Of a stretch of 64,000 bases of DNA, positions 16,882-24,970 are shown piece by piece. The stretch is from an uncultured Collinsella sp. (GTDB taxonomy: Bacteria > Actinomycetota > Coriobacteriia > Coriobacteriales > Coriobacteriaceae): contig CABUAT010000005.1 of NCBI GenBank assembly GCA_902489665.1, positions 17,864-81,863 of the forward strand, given 5' to 3'. A model generated the notes under the pieces. The model saw only the letters and a list, made by a program, of their open reading frames with translations, did no database searches and was not told the DNA's origin. The first letter of the stretch is position 1; each line of letters starts with the position of its first letter. Made by a program: the position numbers and the translations under genes.

Positions 16882-17286
16882 CTATTCCGCCTTTTTAACG
16901 CGCGGCTTGCGACCGCGCGGCTTATCGACCAGTGCGGCCTCACCGCTCTCGCGGTACTGACGGCACCAAGCCTTGACCGAAGACTCGCTGGGAATCTTGT
17001 GCTTGATCATGGCCTCGCGAACCGTCAAGCCGTTTTCCAGACGGTCCTTAACCACAGCGAGCTTTACGTCGTACGAATAGGTGTGATGATGCGAACCGGC
17101 ATTGAGAACGGCGTCGGCACCGCCCACGGCATACGCGCGGGCCCACTGACGAGCCGTGGCCTGGGGAATGCCAAGCTCCGCGGCGAGAGCGCGATGACCG
17201 ACCCCCTCTTGGAGGATCTCGACGGCGCGCTGCCTAACCTCGGGCGCATGCGTGCGAGTCCTAGTTGCTTCCGACATACCTGCCAC
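16882..17286 (-). CDS. Transposase-OrfA-like helix-turn-helix protein (IS3/IS630-type HTH), orphan
   Basis: 134 aa with two HTH-like segments (GHRALAAELGIPQATARQWARAY and LTVREAMIKHKIPSESSVKAWCRQYRESGEAAL) and a basic tail KPRGRKPRVKK. No DDE OrfB or terminal inverted repeats follow. The true start may be the ATG at 17277. Confidence 0.55.
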   Translation of the reverse strand: MAGMSEATRTRTHAPEVRQRAVEILQEGVGHRALAAELGIPQATARQWARAYAVGGADAVLNAGSHHHTYSYDVKLAVVKDRLENGLTVREAMIKHKIPSESSVKAWCRQYRESGEAALVDKPRGRKPRVKKAE

Positions 17287-17610
17287 TTCTTAGCCTTAGC
17301 CGTTAATCTGCTTTCTTACGTGCAAGTTAGATAGTAGCATTTTACTGTTTGCTCAAAGCAGTTAATTAAAGTAGACGCGGTGTTATCTGGACATTTGGCA
17401 CCAAATTACGACATTTCTTTATCGATTATTTACGCTGGTAGCTGACTCGCAGCCAATCGTCATTCGCTTGTCAACAAAGTTGGCATCTCTTTATGTCCTT
17501 TGGTATAGAGGATATAGTTATTAACCCCTCCCCCAATAATTTTGAGTGATCTGCAAGGCAGTAGACGTCCTCACTCCTCATAATTACCGCGCATTGCCAT
17601 TCATCGGAGC

Positions 17611-17651
17611 AAAACAAAAAGGGCGGGACCTGCTGCGCTTGCAGGCCCCGC
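17611..17651 (-). terminator. Intrinsic terminator after the flavin oxidoreductase gene
   Basis: Stem gcgggacctgc / gcaggccccgc with one mismatch. The plus-strand aaaacaaaaa gives a T-run on the minus strand directly after the hairpin. Confidence 0.6.
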
Positions 17652-17726
17652 ACCGGTTGACACCCGACGGGACACAGCCGGGCGAGACGGATCCGTGCTA
17701 CCGCCCCGCCTGGCCGCGATGTTCAA

Positions 17727-19763
17727 CTACAGCTCGTTGGCCGCGTGATACGCCGTGCGAATGGCGCTCGCAATGTCGGCGGTGCGCTCACCCGAGCAGT
17801 CGCCCACGCAGGTCACGGGCACCGTCACGCCATCCAGGTCAAACGCGTTGGCCTTGGAGCCCACGGCCATCACCACGTAATCGCAGGCGATCTTCACCGG
17901 CTCCTCGGCGCCGTCCTCGGTGGTGCGAATGGCCTCCACGCCCTCGTCGGTAATGGCGGTCAGGCGGGTCTTCACGTGCTGCTCCACGTTGTGCTCTGCA
18001 AAGTCGCTCATAATCAGCGGCAGAATGGTCTCGGACTCGCCCGCGGCAATCTTGTCGAGCATCTCCACGATCGCCACCTCGCAGCCGTGCTGCAGCAGAT
18101 ACTCGGCAGTCTCGGTGCCCACCAGGCCACCGCCAATGACAGCGACGCGGCCGTTGATCTCCGCCTTGCCGGCCAGCACGTCCCAGCTCGAGACGACCTT
18201 CTCCGAGTCGGCGCCCGGAACGGGGATGACCACGTCGTGCGCGCCCACGGCCACAATCGCGGCGTCGGCGGCATTGAGGTCCTCAGCGGTAGCGGCATGG
18301 CTGAGCTCAACCTTCACGCCCAGGCCAGGCAGAATCTTCTCGTAGTACTCGACCGAGCGCATGATCTCGTCCTTGCGCGGAGGCGCAGCCGCCAGCACAA
18401 TCTGGCCGCCCAAGTGATCGCTCGCCTCGTAGATGGTCACGTCGTAGCCGCGCTTGGCCGCCACGCGTGCGGCCTCCAGGCCGGCGATGCCGCCGCCCAC
18501 CACGGCGATCTTCTTGTCGCCCTCGCCCGGCTTAATGGCGATGGTCGCCTCGTCGCCGTTCTCGGCATTGAGCACGCACGAGATGTACTTGCGATTTTGA
18601 ATCGCGTCGACGCAGCCCTTGTTGCAGTTGAGGCACTCGCGGATGGGCTCACCCGTGGCGGCCTTCAGCGCAATGTCGGGGTCGCACATGAGCGAGCGGC
18701 CATAGGCGATGATATCGGCCGCGCCGTCTTCCAGAATCTTCTCGCCGGCCTCGACCGAAACCACGCGGCCCACGGTTGCCACCGGCACGGAGACCAGGGC
18801 CTTGACGCGCTCGGCCACGGGCAGCGTCCAGTTGTAGGGCATGGCGCCCATGGGCGGAATGGTGTCGCCCATGTTGCCGGTGTGGTTGGCCTGTGCGACC
18901 TGGATCATATCGATGCCCGCGCCCTCGAGCAGCTTGGCGAACTCGCAGGCCTCGTCGGGCTGCAGGCCGCCCTTGCCGCGCGGCGTGCCGTCGGGGTTCT
19001 CCATGATCACGGGGAGCTTGTACTCCACCATCAGCTGCGGCGCGGCTTCCTTAATGGCAGCGACGACCTCCAGCGCGTAGCGAACGCGGTTCTCGAACGA
19101 GCCGCCGTACTCGTCGGTGCGCTGGTTGAGGATGGCCGAGCACAGCGAACCCACCAGACGATCGCCGTGGACCTCGATGGCGTCGATGCCGGCCTGCTGC
19201 GCACGGGCGGCCGAGGCAGCGATGGCCTCCTTGATCTGGGTGAGTTGCTCTACGCTCGCCTCGTTCACAAAGTGCTGCATGTCGTGATGCAGCTTGGCGT
19301 AGGCCTGGTTGCGGATCTCGTTGGACTCGGCCATCTTGGCGGCAAAGGTCTCCTCGTCGCCGGCGGCCTTGGCCTCCTGCGCGGCCTTGGCAGCGGCCAT
19401 GGATCCCATGACCATGTGGCCGACACCGGGCACATCGTACTCGGGGTGGAACAGCTGCAGCGCGACCTTGGCGCCGTGCTTGTGGACGGCATCGGCCAGC
19501 GCCTTAAACGTGGGGATCTGGGCGTCGGTCGCCAGCTTGGGCGTGGGGCTTGCGGTCATGACGGGAGCAACGTCGCCGATGACGATGTAGCTCACGCCGC
19601 CACGGGCCAAGCGCTCGTAAAAAGCCAGGCTGCGCTCGCCGATGGAACCGTCACGCTCCTCGTAGCCGGTGGTCAGCGGCGGAAACATAATGCGGTTCTT
19701 GAGCTCAAGGGGGCCAACCGTAATGGGCTGGAGCAGCTTGGATGCAGGTGTGGTCATGGACAT
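17727..19763 (-). CDS. NADH:flavin oxidoreductase of the OYE / 2,4-dienoyl-CoA reductase (enoate reductase) family
   Basis: 678 aa. It has an N-terminal FMN TIM-barrel domain (LKNRIMFPPL, LQLFHPEY, YGRSLMCDPD), a Cys cluster CLNCNKGC, and a C-terminal FAD/NAD(P) Rossmann domain with KIAVVGGGIAGLEAA and VAVIGGGLVGTETA. Confidence 0.85.
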   Translation of the reverse strand: MSMTTPASKLLQPITVGPLELKNRIMFPPLTTGYEERDGSIGERSLAFYERLARGGVSYIVIGDVAPVMTASPTPKLATDAQIPTFKALADAVHKHGAKVALQLFHPEYDVPGVGHMVMGSMAAAKAAQEAKAAGDEETFAAKMAESNEIRNQAYAKLHHDMQHFVNEASVEQLTQIKEAIAASAARAQQAGIDAIEVHGDRLVGSLCSAILNQRTDEYGGSFENRVRYALEVVAAIKEAAPQLMVEYKLPVIMENPDGTPRGKGGLQPDEACEFAKLLEGAGIDMIQVAQANHTGNMGDTIPPMGAMPYNWTLPVAERVKALVSVPVATVGRVVSVEAGEKILEDGAADIIAYGRSLMCDPDIALKAATGEPIRECLNCNKGCVDAIQNRKYISCVLNAENGDEATIAIKPGEGDKKIAVVGGGIAGLEAARVAAKRGYDVTIYEASDHLGGQIVLAAAPPRKDEIMRSVEYYEKILPGLGVKVELSHAATAEDLNAADAAIVAVGAHDVVIPVPGADSEKVVSSWDVLAGKAEINGRVAVIGGGLVGTETAEYLLQHGCEVAIVEMLDKIAAGESETILPLIMSDFAEHNVEQHVKTRLTAITDEGVEAIRTTEDGAEEPVKIACDYVVMAVGSKANAFDLDGVTVPVTCVGDCSGERTADIASAIRTAYHAANEL

Positions 19764-19902
19764 TCCTCTCTTGTAGGCGCGGCGGCGATGATGCCGCGTA
19801 GTTGTCTAGAGGATATGGCATGGGAATACAGCAGCGCAACGGAAATCGGCGGACAGCAGGTAGCGGCAGGTGGATGGGGATGGGCGGGGCGGCCCGTCGG
19901 TT

Positions 19903-20204
19903 TATCTCAATCTGTAACAGTTACGCGACAAAACCGGGTCTTACTGTTACAGATCGAGACATTCCTCTCGGCCCATCCTCAACAATCTAGATCTGTAACA
20001 GCTAGGCCCACTTTTGACCCCTACCTGTTACAGATCGAGACAAACCAAACCCGCCTGCTAGAAAATCTCAATCTGTAACGGTTACTCGGCAAAAACCGTC
20101 CCTCGTGTTACAGATTTAGACAAACACGACCAAGCCCACCGGTATATCTCGATCTGTAACACCTAGCCGCCCAAATCGGGTCTAGATGTTACAGATCGAG
20201 ATTT
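19903..20204. repeat. Array of four palindromic units with 80-81 bp period (eight 16-18 bp arms in alternating orientation)
   Basis: Left arms (t/a)atct(c/a)(a/g)atctgtaac(a/g) begin at 19903, 19984, 20064 and 20145. Right arms (c/g/a)tgttacagat(c/t)(g/t)aga begin at 19944, 20025, 20105 and 20187. The loops are ~23 nt and mutually similar, with unit 2 inverted. The inter-unit spacers are 21-22 nt and dissimilar. Confidence 0.85.
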
Positions 20205-20250
20205 TGTTTGAGAGACCGAGAATTGGACCGAAAACACGGTCCCGAAATAA

Positions 20251-20281
20251 CAAAAAAGCTCGCCGGCTAAGCTGACGAGCT
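20251..20281 (-). terminator. Intrinsic terminator immediately 3' of tRNA-Met
   Basis: Stem agctcgcc / gacgagct. The plus-strand caaaaaa gives a T-run on the minus strand. Confidence 0.55.
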
Positions 20282-20290
20282 GCAAGTTCT

Positions 20291-20367
20291 TGGTCGCGGG
20301 GGCAGGATTTGAACCTACGACCTCCGGGTTATGAGCCCGGCGAGCTACCAGACTGCTCCACCCCGCA
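20291..20367 (-). tRNA. tRNA-Met (anticodon CAU), initiator type
   Basis: The reverse complement reads TGCGGGGTGGAGCAGTCTGGTAGCTCGCCGGGCTCATAACCCGGAGGTCGTAGGTTCAAATCCTGCCCCCGCGACCA. It folds as a cloverleaf with anticodon loop CTCATAA, three consecutive G-C pairs closing the anticodon stem (an initiator hallmark) and an encoded CCA. It is near-identical in layout to E. coli tRNA-fMet. Position 1-72 would be U-G rather than C-A. Confidence 0.9.
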
Positions 20368-20563
20368 ATGTCTGGGCGCCTCATGTGCGCAAGAAAGAAT
20401 ACTACGCGGGAGTTCGGTAAACGGCAAGGAAAATCTCGTAGAGCATAATTCCTTCATATTTAAATCCCTCAGCCCCTATCACCGTAAACGAATCGCAGCC
20501 GAGTGCCGTCGACGGCGCGTATACAATGGTGCGCGTCCTTTTATGCCAACACCGGGAGTAGAC

Positions 20564-21337
20564 ATGCTGCTCGCTATCGATATGGGAAACACGCAGACGG
20601 CCATGGGCCTGTTTGACGGAGACGAGCTGGTGCAGTCGTGGCGCATGCCCACCGACCGCTCTTATACCGCCGACGAGATCCATGTGCGCCTGATGGGTTT
20701 CTTTAAGATGTACGGCCTTTCGCTCGATGCGGTCGACGCGATCGCCTTTGCGGGCGTGGTGCCGCAGCTCTCGCGCGAGTGGCACGCCGTGGCCGACCGC
20801 ATTGCCGCGGACGCCATCGTCATCGGGCCGCAGACGGCCGCCGTAACCAAGCTGCGGGCGGCGCGCCCCCAGGCCGTTGGTGCCGACCGCATCGCCAACG
20901 CCGTCGCTGCCGAGACCTTCTATGGCGCGCCGGCGATCGTGGTGGACTTTGGCACCGCGACCAATATCGACGTCATCGATGAGGACGGTTATTACATTGG
21001 CGGAGCGATCGCGCCGGGCATTCGCATCTCCATGGACGCGCTTGCCGCCCGTGCCGCCAAGCTCGCCAGCGTGCCGCTCGAGGCGCCCGAGCACGCCATC
21101 GGCCGCGATACCGAGGAGTGCATCAAGGTCGGCGCCGTAACGGGCGCCGCCGCCATGGCTGAGGGCCTGGTCGCGCGCATGAAGCGCGAGCTGGGCCGCG
21201 AGGATGCCACCGTTATCGCCACGGGCGGTCTCGCCAGCATCGTCGCCGATTCGACCGATGCCTTCGACGTGGTCGACGGACAGCTCACCATCAAGGGTAT
21301 CTGCGAAATCTACCGCCGCATGCAGAAGCTGGGATAG
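20564..21337 (+). CDS. coaX: Type III pantothenate kinase
   Basis: ORF 20309-21337; the real start is most likely the ATG at 20564 (MLLAIDMGNTQTAMGLF...). It shows the CoaX motifs DMGNT, VVDFGTATN and ATGG. Confidence 0.85.
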   Translation: MLLAIDMGNTQTAMGLFDGDELVQSWRMPTDRSYTADEIHVRLMGFFKMYGLSLDAVDAIAFAGVVPQLSREWHAVADRIAADAIVIGPQTAAVTKLRAARPQAVGADRIANAVAAETFYGAPAIVVDFGTATNIDVIDEDGYYIGGAIAPGIRISMDALAARAAKLASVPLEAPEHAIGRDTEECIKVGAVTGAAAMAEGLVARMKRELGREDATVIATGGLASIVADSTDAFDVVDGQLTIKGICEIYRRMQKLG

Positions 21338-21394
21338 AGCAGGGGCTTAAGTCGAGCACGCCCGATGCCACAGTCCCCGCAAATGCTCGCCAAG

Positions 21395-21437
21395 CCTATT
21401 CCTCAAAACTGAATAATTTTCAATTTTGAGGAATAGG
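21395..21437. terminator. Bidirectional hairpin between convergent coaX and the BPL-like gene
   Basis: cctattcctcaaaa - AT-rich loop - ttttgaggaatagg. Confidence 0.5.
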
Positions 21438-21535
21438 GCGCTGGCAACCCATTCCCCAGATAGGCGAAACCCTCCCCGGCACAGGCCGAAGAGGGCTTCG
21501 TTGTCATCGTTATCTTTGAGCGCGGGCGCCTCGCG

Positions 21536-22237
21536 TTACAGTCCGCGAATGTGCACGGCCTCGGGCGGAAACTCTTGCTCGCCGGCATCGGTCTTGATGG
21601 TCGCACGACCCCAGATGTCCAGGCCCGCAAACACACCGACCGCAAGCGGCAAACCGTTGGACGACACCGCCGCAACTTGGCGGCCCAGCAGCGGCACCAT
21701 GTCGAAGTACTCGCCCAGCACGGGAGCCAGCGGCCCTGCGGCGCCTTGCGGCGTGTTGGCAACAACCGCCCAGGCGTCCACGCGGGTCAGCACGGCGGCG
21801 GCCAACTCTTCGACCAGCGCTTCGTCGGCCATATCTACACCGAGCTCGCTCAGCGCCGAACGCTCAATATCCACCGTCACGGCACCGAACATGCCCGCGG
21901 CATCGGCACCGCCGTTCACGGTAACACGCGCGAACGACGTCTCAAACGCGGGCGCGCCGCACACAATGTCGCTCGGCCACTGGATACCCACCTTACCGGC
22001 AAGGCCCAACCCCGGCGTCGAAGCCGTGCCCACGAGCGCGTCCATCATGCCCATCGCGGCCACAAACGGCAGGCCATGGAAGGCATGCATGCTCACATCG
22101 GGGCGCACAACCAGCGAAAACGTCAGCGATGCATCGCCCGCACTCCACGCGCACCAGCCCGCGGACACGCCCTCGCGGCCCGCGTCACGCGCCGCGTCGA
22201 GCTCGGTACCGGCGGCAACAGCATTCATCTCGATCAT
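21536..22237 (-). CDS. Biotin-protein-ligase (BPL/LplA/LipB fold)-like protein, motif-degenerate
   Basis: 233 aa. SLTFSLVVRPDV and GIQWPSDIV align with BirA ...LRPD.. and GIKWPND... The GRGRxGRxW loop reads GREGVSAGW and the KWPND lysine is Gln. The start codon directly abuts the folP-folK stop (TAGATG). Confidence 0.55.
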   Translation of the reverse strand: MIEMNAVAAGTELDAARDAGREGVSAGWCAWSAGDASLTFSLVVRPDVSMHAFHGLPFVAAMGMMDALVGTASTPGLGLAGKVGIQWPSDIVCGAPAFETSFARVTVNGGADAAGMFGAVTVDIERSALSELGVDMADEALVEELAAAVLTRVDAWAVVANTPQGAAGPLAPVLGEYFDMVPLLGRQVAAVSSNGLPLAVGVFAGLDIWGRATIKTDAGEQEFPPEAVHIRGL

Positions 22238-23986
22238 CTACATACGCCCCAATTCGCCCACGATATGGCCCACGCGATCCTCGGGCTCCTTGACCTCGAC
22301 ACCGTTGTAGCGGAAGAACCGCGCCGGGTCGTGCATCAGGTCCTCGAGCGGCACCAGCACAAAGTCACGCTCACCAATGAGCGGATGCGGCAGGCGCAGC
22401 TTTTTGCCGCCGTGGGTCTCGCCGTCCATCCACAGCAGGTCCAGGTCGATGGTGCGCGGACCGTTGGCCTTGGCCTTCTTGGAGCGGTCGCGCCCCAGCT
22501 CAGCCTCGATCTTCATGAGCTCATCGAGCAGCACCAGCGGCGCCAGCTCGGTCTTGATCTCGATGACGGCGTTGGCAAACGCGTCCTGGCGCGTCTCGTA
22601 GGCCGGCTCGCTCTCGTAGATCTTGGAGGAGTTGGACACGCAGGTGAGCGGAATCTCGGCGATCATGTCGCGCGCGGCGCGGATGTTGTCGCAACGATGC
22701 CCCAAGTTGGAGCCCACGGCCACAAACGCACGGCGCGGCTGCGGCTTGGCGACGGCCCAGTAACCGTTCAGGAACTGCGCAAAACCCGCGGCGTCGTGCA
22801 CGCGCACGATGTTCGCACCGGCCTGGATGGCGCCCAGGCACACGCCAAACGTGGCGGCATCGCGCGCGGCGGCCTCGGTCACGCCCGAGACAGCGCCCAC
22901 AAAACGCTTGCGCGACACGGCGCACATGAGCGGATAGCCCAGTGACGCCATCTTGGCAGTCTCACGCTGGATGACGATGTCCTCGTTAGCCGACTTACCA
23001 AAGCCCGGGCCAGGATCGATGCAGATGCGGTCGCGCGACACGCCGGCATGGATGAGTGTGCGGGCCTGGTCGGACAGAAAGCCCATGACGCGGCGCATGA
23101 TGGGCGCCGAATCGGGCAGGGTAAAGCGGCGGAGCTGAGAGGTGGGCACGTAGGCCTCCTCGCGGCGGGCGCTGCGGCGCATCATGGCGGCCAGGCGGTC
23201 ATTGGACTCCGATGCGGCCTCGGTGGCCTCGGGCGCGGCCTCGGGCGCGGGCGCGACGGTCTCGGCGGCAGCAGCCTGCTCGGCGGCCGGCGTCTCCTGC
23301 CCCAGCTCGGTTGCAGGCTCGGACGTGGGCTCCGGCTCGCCAAACGGCAGTGAGGGCTGTACCACACCGCCCGGAAGCTTGGCCTCAACCTTGGGCTCGC
23401 CCAGCAACTTGCCGCGACGGCGACGGGCCGGCTTCTCGGCCTCGCGCGCGGCCTCGGCAGCCGCTTCGCGTGCCTTCTCGGCAACAAACGCCGCAGCCGA
23501 GGTATCGAGCTGCACCGTTGCGTGCGTGCGGGTGGGCGCGGCGACCTCGCCGGCATGCATCACGATGACGCCGCAGGTACTCGTCTTAACAAACTCGACC
23601 ATCTTGGGATCGGTGAAGCCCGTCACGTCGTTGACGATCGAGGCGCCGCAGCGCACGGCCGCCTTGGCAACCGCCACATGACGCGTGTCGATCGAGACGA
23701 TGGCGCCCTCCTTGGCCAGCGCGCGCACCACGGGCAGCACGCGGCGAGCTTCCTCGTCGGGGTTGACCGGGGTAAAACCAGGGCGCGTGGACTCACCGCC
23801 CACGTCGATGATGTCGGCGCCGGCATCGAGCATCGCCAGGCCGTACTCGATGGCGGCATCGGGGTCGAAGTGCTCCCCGCCGTCGCTAAACGAATCGGGC
23901 GTCACGTTGAGGACGCCCATGATGCGCGGACGGTCAAAGCTGAGCTCATACTTTCCGCACCGCCATGTCTTGCTGTCGTTCGCCAT
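22238..23986 (-). CDS. folP: Fused dihydropteroate synthase (FolP) plus HPPK (FolK), with a ~145-aa low-complexity insertion in the FolP domain
   Basis: ORF 22238-24397, but AGGAGG lies just upstream of the ATG at 23986 (MANDSKTW...). DHPS motifs are IMGVLNVTPDSFSDGG, DVGGESTRPG, IDPGPGFGK and VSRKRF. The HPPK part is AFVAVGSNLG...RTIDLDLL...LPHP. The insertion spans aa ~147-292 and is Ala/Glu/Pro-rich. Confidence 0.85.
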   Translation of the reverse strand: MANDSKTWRCGKYELSFDRPRIMGVLNVTPDSFSDGGEHFDPDAAIEYGLAMLDAGADIIDVGGESTRPGFTPVNPDEEARRVLPVVRALAKEGAIVSIDTRHVAVAKAAVRCGASIVNDVTGFTDPKMVEFVKTSTCGVIVMHAGEVAAPTRTHATVQLDTSAAAFVAEKAREAAAEAAREAEKPARRRRGKLLGEPKVEAKLPGGVVQPSLPFGEPEPTSEPATELGQETPAAEQAAAAETVAPAPEAAPEATEAASESNDRLAAMMRRSARREEAYVPTSQLRRFTLPDSAPIMRRVMGFLSDQARTLIHAGVSRDRICIDPGPGFGKSANEDIVIQRETAKMASLGYPLMCAVSRKRFVGAVSGVTEAAARDAATFGVCLGAIQAGANIVRVHDAAGFAQFLNGYWAVAKPQPRRAFVAVGSNLGHRCDNIRAARDMIAEIPLTCVSNSSKIYESEPAYETRQDAFANAVIEIKTELAPLVLLDELMKIEAELGRDRSKKAKANGPRTIDLDLLWMDGETHGGKKLRLPHPLIGERDFVLVPLEDLMHDPARFFRYNGVEVKEPEDRVGHIVGELGRM

Positions 23987-24081
23987 GAACATCCTCCTAA
24001 AATGCCCACGCCGCCGAGCTTGGGGAGCTGGCGGCGGGGTCGCTTTGCACTCAGTCTTTCTATTGTATCCGCGCGCGCGGG

Positions 24082-24834
24082 CTAGAACGCAAACGCGGCC
24101 GCGATGTCGCAAGAAATCAGCAGGTCGGCATTTGCATCCTGATCGGTGGGAGCAAGGTTGCATATGGCCAGCGTATCGCCGGTAAAGTAACGCGTAAGGC
24201 CCGCCGCCGGATACACCACGAGCGAGGTCCCACCCACAATGAGGGCATCGGCCGCGGCGATGGCGGCAACGGCACCGGTCAACACATGCTCGTCGAGCGG
24301 CTCTTCGTAGAGCACTACATCGGGCTTGATGCGGCCACCGCACGCGGGGCACGCAGGCACGCCCGCGGCATCCTCGTGCTCGCGCGAGCAAATCCACTCG
24401 GCGCTATAGACCGCGCCGCACGACTGGCAAATGTTGCGATGGACCGATCCGTGCAGCTCAAACACTCGCTGTGAGCCGGCCATCTGATGCAGGCCGTCGA
24501 TATTTTGCGTCACCACGGCGTCGAGCTTGCCGGCGCGCTCCAGCTCGGCCAGCTTGGTGTGGCAGCGGTTGGGTTTAGCGTTGAGCGCGATCATCTTGGT
24601 GCGGTAAAAGTCGAAGAACTCCGCAGGATGCGCCTCGTAAAAGCTATGCGACAGCATGGTCTCGGGCGGATAGGCAAACTGCTGGTGATACAGGCCGTCC
24701 ACGCTGCGGAAATCGGGAATGCCACTTGCCGTGGAAACACCAGCGCCGCCAAAGAAGACCACGCGCTTATGGGTGCCGAACAGCTCCGCCAGCGCGGCGG
24801 AGGCCTGCTTGGGATCCGTTATTGCCTGCGTCAT
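24082..24834 (-). CDS. cobB: NAD-dependent protein deacylase (Sir2/CobB family)
   Basis: GAGVSTASGIPDFRS, QNIDGLH, a zinc ribbon CQSCG...CPACGG, and GTSLVVYPA. The start is chosen at the ATG at 24834 (MTQAITDP), which has GGAGG 6 nt upstream. Confidence 0.85.
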   Translation of the reverse strand: MTQAITDPKQASAALAELFGTHKRVVFFGGAGVSTASGIPDFRSVDGLYHQQFAYPPETMLSHSFYEAHPAEFFDFYRTKMIALNAKPNRCHTKLAELERAGKLDAVVTQNIDGLHQMAGSQRVFELHGSVHRNICQSCGAVYSAEWICSREHEDAAGVPACPACGGRIKPDVVLYEEPLDEHVLTGAVAAIAAADALIVGGTSLVVYPAAGLTRYFTGDTLAICNLAPTDQDANADLLISCDIAAAFAF

Positions 24835-24970
24835 ATGAGTCCTCCGTCCTTGTTGGTCGGGCAGCGTCGGGCGATGTCCCAGCATGCGGCCTTTGGGTCA
24901 GCACGCGCGGTGCCCACCACCGCCCCTGTTGCGCTAATCTTAAGCCTGCCAACCCCGTCGAAAGGACACC

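Noticed and set aside
16600-17726. A complete insertion sequence (IS3 family) at the HTH gene.
   Set aside because: Only an OrfA-like HTH ORF is present. I see no OrfB/DDE reading frame in any frame downstream, no slippery frameshift site and no terminal inverted repeats. It is kept as an orphan HTH gene.
19903-20204. CRISPR array or integron attC array.
   Set aside because: The repeats are only 16-18 bp and alternate in orientation. The sequences that would be spacers inside each pair are homologous to one another. No cas genes or leader are present. For an attC array there are no cassettes (only 21-22 bp between units), no intI, and the arm ends do not fit RYYYAAC/GTTRRRY.
16600-20367. A tRNA-Met-associated integrative island or prophage remnant.
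   Set aside because: I found no integrase, no phage-like genes and no direct repeat of the tRNA 3' end. The tRNA has its own terminator. Only the composition change at 17.3-17.7 kb hints at foreign DNA.
23987-24397. The N-terminal 137 codons of track ORF 22238-24397 (MDLLARARGCRGRACVPRV...).
   Set aside because: The sequence is Arg/Cys-rich nonsense that overlaps the 3' end of the sirtuin gene in another frame. A strong AGGAGG sits just upstream of the ATG at 23986, where the conserved DHPS sequence begins.
24082-24834. A Sir2-domain protein acting as an anti-phage effector (Thoeris, DSR or SIR2-HerA-like).
   Set aside because: This is a short canonical sirtuin with the GAGxSxxSGIPDFR motif and a CxxC...CxxC zinc ribbon. 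It has no extra domains and no partner genes, and it is embedded in housekeeping genes. This is consistent with a CobB-type deacylase.
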